In this document: positions 60,601-64,000 of the stretch, piece after piece
How positions within the stretch are numbered: the stretch's first letter is position 1
How the letters are laid out: every line of letters starts with the position of its first letter
Assembly (NCBI GenBank): GCA_002269645.1
Contig: NIVC01001195.1
Coordinates: 248,001-312,000 of the forward strand
Direction: 5' to 3'
From: Macrostomum lignano
Taxonomy: Eukaryota
DNA length: 64,000 nucleotides
Notes under the pieces: generated by a model
What the model was told of the DNA's origin: nothing
The model's database searches: none
The model's input: the letters and a program-made list of their open reading frames with translations, nothing else
Translations under genes and position numbers: made by a program

Positions 60601-61527
60601 GATGAGGTCACCGGGAAAGTGGCAATGAGATGAGGTCACCGGGAAAGTGGCAATGAGATGAGGTCACCGGGAAAGGGGCATTGAGATTGAGATTGAGCAA
60701 CAGAGCCAGCATCAAGCGGCACCGCAACTCACGGACTCCTGGGTGATGCCGGCCTTCAGGTAGGCCCAGGTGGACCAGACAGGCCTCTCAAACAGGTCCC
60801 TTTCTGGTGTTTCGCTGGGTCCCCGCCAGAACTGGGTGGCCCGGTAGAGCGACTTGATGTCGGCGCCCGAGCAGACGGAGTAGGCGAGCAGCGGGTCTCC
60901 CGGATTTCTCGCCGCCAGATTGCCGTAGACTTCAGCGCTGCGGCTTCCGCTGAGGCAGAGCCTGCCGCCGGAGATGCTGACGTACAGCGGCACCGAGTCC
61001 TCAACGAACACAGCGAAGCCACCCGTGGAGATCCAGAATCGCTCGATTGCCCCGCCGAACTGTCGCAGGTAGACGTCGCTGGGCACGTAGGCCGTCCGCA
61101 CCTGCTCACCTGTGTTGAGCGGCCAGTCCTGGCGCCACATCTCGGCGCCGCCGAACCAGAACTCGCCGCTCATGTCGAAACAGTCCGTGACCTCCTTGAC
61201 CGACTGGGTGAGCCGCCACTCGAACAGCCGGCAGGAGGCGTTCGCCGCGGGGTCGGCGTTCTGCCTGACATAGGCGGCCGAGCTGTCGCCGCAGTGGAAG
61301 TACTTGCCGGACCTCTTGGCCGTGTTGTTGAGGTTCAGCTGCACTTTCAGCCGCTTGCCCGAAGGCGCGGTGAGCAGCAGCTGGTCGAGCTTCACGTCGT
61401 GATCAGGGCAGGTGCGCTCCCGGGGCACGAGTGTGGGCAGCAGAGCGGTGATGACAAAGGTGGCGGTGAGGCAGACCAGGATGAATCCGAGGAGGGCCAG
61501 CAGCTGGCCGCTGATTTTGAGTCCCAT
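57641..61527 (-). CDS. MYORG: MYORG-like family GH31 glycosidase, type II membrane protein, ~667 aa, 4 exons
   Basis: Exons (minus): 61527-60733, 60233-59872, 58908-58416, 57994-57641. N-terminal TM, WFGGAE, PVWSTWAYLK, VDDKW, FPDP, LWVHPF, nucleophile motif FKLDAGE, PDMVGGN, ELYIRWLQ, DQFLLG, LAAPVL. Confidence 0.92.
58010..58400. repeat. 42-nt minisatellite in MYORG intron 3
   Basis: unit ggctagattagcaatccattctgttccagctcatcactgatt. Confidence 0.95.
59010..59810. repeat. 20-nt minisatellite in MYORG intron 2
   Basis: unit ggtaggtttcggtgtcttat. Confidence 0.95.
60320..60690. repeat. 28-nt minisatellite in MYORG intron 1
   Basis: unit gagatgaggtcaccgggaaaggggcatt. Confidence 0.96.
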
Positions 61528-62419
61528 GGTTGGATGGCGCAGCAACGGACTGAGCGGCCAACCGAGCTAATAAATAAAGATTCTCAAGGCTGCGAGGTGT
61601 GTTTGCTGAACAGTTGACGTTTCGTTGGCTTGACGGGGGGCCACCTGTTGCGCTAAAATAACTGCGGCTTGAGTTCGCAGCTCAGGGGTGCAGGTAAATC
61701 ATAATCATAGCGACGGAGCAGCGGTGGTCATTGGGGTGGGACGAGTCCCAAAGATAAGATATAACACCCCACAGCCAGCGACCAATGGTTTCCTTTTTTC
61801 GTCACACACAACTTTGAACTCGATTATATATGGTTTGATTCTCTTGGTTCTCTGCAAAAGTTCTCTCTTGGGTTAAACACGCGTATATAGCGTTAAGTTC
61901 GGTCTGAAAAAGCTGCCGAAATGGCTCCGAGCGCGAACGATGCACTTCTTATGATCAGAAAGAGGTCTAGTGATATCTTGCGCTTTTTAGTAAATTAGAC
62001 TAGCGATTTGCCCCCCTTTAAGGTATCTGCGGTTTTCCATCGTGTTTCGAACTTTTGCTGAAGCAGCCAGAAATAAATACTGTTTGAGTCTAAACAAGTT
62101 TAGACTCGAACAGTTGTAGAAGTGCAACTTTTTTGTTCGATTTCAATCTCATTGATTTTCTCGCTGCATTAATTTTGCCAGTTAGTTGGTAACTCTTGGA
62201 AGTACAGGTACGGCAGCAGATCGCTGCAGGGAGAAGAGCGGAGAGCACATGAAATACGACTCAACTCAATAAAGGGGGAGAGGAGCCAAAAGAAACCTCA
62301 CTGCTCGCTCTTAAGACGCGACCCTGGATGATTCACCGCGACTGTACTGTATCGAGACTCCAGCGTGTCAGGCTCATTCATGCTTTCTGCTTACAGGCGC
62401 GAGCAGGCCGAAGCCGGGG

Positions 62420-62620
62420 TTGCTGCCTTGTAGGCTAAGGGCTAAGGCGAACAGAAGCACTTTCGAACGATCACTGAGTATTGGGACCTTGTAGGCTAAG
62501 GCGAACAGAAGCACTTTCGAACGATCACTGAGTATTGGGACCTTGTAGGCTAAGGCGAACAGAAGCACTTTTGAACGATCACTGAGTATTGGGACCTTGT
62601 AGGCTAAGGCGAACAGAAGA
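62420..62620. repeat. 54-nt tandem repeat (~3.5 copies)
   Basis: unit gtaggctaaggcgaacagaagcactttcgaacgatcactgagtattgggacctt. Confidence 0.93.
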
Positions 62621-62999
62621 CACAGTTCCGAAGTTCATTTTATGCCAGCGTGTCCGAGATGGCTTCATCGCTTATAATCTCAAATCAATCAGCTGCCAAC
62701 TTTATAAGCATGTTTTAACTTCTTTTAATTTTAGTTCAATAAAAATTAAATAGAGTTGAAGGGTGCTTCGTCCTCCCTATTCTATCAATGGTCAGGTGGG
62801 GAGGGCGAGCTCAGGATTGTGAATTGCTCAGGAGCAAAACACTTGCTATTCAGAGGACCAAAGTAATATAGAAAACAGTGTCACCTCAGTTCATCAGTTT
62901 AACGTTTACGGTGTTTTCTGTCCAAGCAAATTACGGCAGTAAATCGTTTAGCGGAGGTGGCGTCAGGTGACCTTGCGGCCCAGCCGTCACGTGACTCGG

Positions 63000-63608
63000 T
63001 CACTCGCAGTAGAACCAGAACACGGCCGCCGAGGCCAGAAAGCTCGGCCTCTCCAGCGTGCAGGTGACGAAGTCGTCCAGCTCCGAGTCGCCCGCAGTTC
63101 TCGACGCCATCATGAGGTGCTGCTGCTCCCGCTGCGTCACCGTCACCATGACAACGATCTTGTAGCGCGGGCAGCTGAAGTTGTTCTTCATCCGGCGCTT
63201 CACGTCTTCGGTGACCATCTTGGCCAGCTTGGGCGTCGCCTTGGCGTCGTAGCGCGACTCGGCCAGGAAGAACTTCAGGCTGTTCTCGGCGATGCGGCGC
63301 ACCTCGGCGGCCGGGTACCTGGCGGCGGGCTCCGGGCCCAGCCGGTAGCTGTTCTCCTGCCGGCGCACCGGCCGGTTGCGGCGGTGCCGGGCGCGCAGGT
63401 CGCCGATGCGCCGCTTCAGCATCATCAGCGTGGCGAGGCTCGGCTGCTTCACCTTGGCGGCGGCTGGGGCGGAGCCCGAGAAGGCCGGAGACTTCGATAG
63501 GTGCCGCCGATCGCCGCCAGATGAAGCGGCGCTTGTCGTCGTCGGCGGCTGCGGCGGCGGCGGCGGGCCCAGCCTGCGACCGGTTGCGCTGGACGTGGAT
63601 GTTGCCAT
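63000..63608 (-). CDS. Tctex-1 family dynein light chain (TCTEX1D-type), ~202 aa; upstream in-frame ATG at 63710 also possible
   Basis: QENSYRLGP..YDAKATPKLAKMVTEDVKRRMK..PRYKIVVMVTV..ASR..DSELDDF..FLASAAVFWFYCE*. ATG 63608 has GTCATGG context, 9 nt after acceptor ccgcag. Confidence 0.85.
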   Translation of the reverse strand: MATSTSSATGRRLGPPPPPQPPTTTSAASSGGDRRHLSKSPAFSGSAPAAAKVKQPSLATLMMLKRRIGDLRARHRRNRPVRRQENSYRLGPEPAARYPAAEVRRIAENSLKFFLAESRYDAKATPKLAKMVTEDVKRRMKNNFSCPRYKIVVMVTVTQREQQHLMMASRTAGDSELDDFVTCTLERPSFLASAAVFWFYCE

Positions 63609-64000
63609 GACAACAGGCTGCGGTATCCAACTGTGCCTTGGCTGTGTTGCTCTGATTTCCTCCCTGAGTCTCGGCTTTGCTTTTATAAGCTGCCCCAGCC
63701 TCCGGAGCATTCAGCTCAGCCCGGGGGGGGGGCAAAGCTGCTTACAGAATGCTTTGAACGGCTCGCTTCCTCAGTTACTGGGGAAACAAAAGGAGTTGGC
63801 GCTGCTACTGCGGCAGCCGGAAAAAGGGCCCGGGCGTTTTGGGCTGTGTGCTCAGCGGGAAATGGATCCTGTGCAGGGGAGAGCTGGGAGGCTCTCTGCC
63901 CTGCTCCCATTTTCTCTCTGTTGCTTTGACAACCGCCATGAGCTGCTGGTTGAGAATGCATAGATAGGGGAGGGGTGAAAACACAATGAGGCTGAGGCCC

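Noticed and set aside
1-64000. rRNA, tRNA or snRNA genes, or a prokaryotic insert
   Set aside because: No cloverleaf or rRNA-like conserved blocks were seen. The only tRNA-like text is the 13-nt PBS, and the recognisable genes are eukaryotic, mostly with spliceosomal introns.

Overview
Eukaryotic (animal) genomic DNA with GC-rich exons, short AT-rich introns, and longer introns packed with locus-specific minisatellites. This style suggests a free-living flatworm such as Macrostomum; that is inference only. I reconstructed these intact genes by hand from splice sites and reading frames: TFCP2/CP2-family transcription factor (-, 7 exons, one GC-AG intron), TBCE (+, 7 exons), dCMP deaminase DCTD (+), ULK3 kinase (+, 11 exons, ends in CaaX), a selectin-like C-type-lectin/4x-sushi membrane protein (-, 8 exons), RPP21 (+), an orphan 2-TM protein (+), a MYORG-like GH31 glycosidase (-, 4 exons) and a Tctex-1 family dynein light chain (-). 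Mobile DNA includes an APE-RT-RNaseH LINE (I group, LOA/R1-like) with frameshifts at the left edge, a very young complete non-autonomous LTR element (TRIM-like; TG..CA LTRs, 4-bp TSD, PBS, PPT), a MITE with an 8-bp TSD inside a minisatellite, a foldback MITE, a small Helitron-like element and a decayed spliced KDZ/Zisupton-like transposase. About 35 tandem arrays are present. Main leads: (1) DCTD has no in-frame genomic ATG before its conserved N-terminus but has a phase-0 acceptor exactly where a flatworm spliced-leader 3'-AUG would supply one, possibly within a TBCE-DCTD-ULK3 operon. (2) Recurrent TA-GGCC-TA and TA-CATG-TA octamers can be shown, from repeat-unit comparisons, to be 6-bp insertions at TA sites (transposon-footprint-like). 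(3) The TRIM element. (4) Decoy splice-site arrays in TFCP2 introns. (5) TpA-rich, C-to-T-decayed blocks. I found no rRNA, tRNA or CRISPR. All coordinates and counts were read by eye and need computational confirmation.
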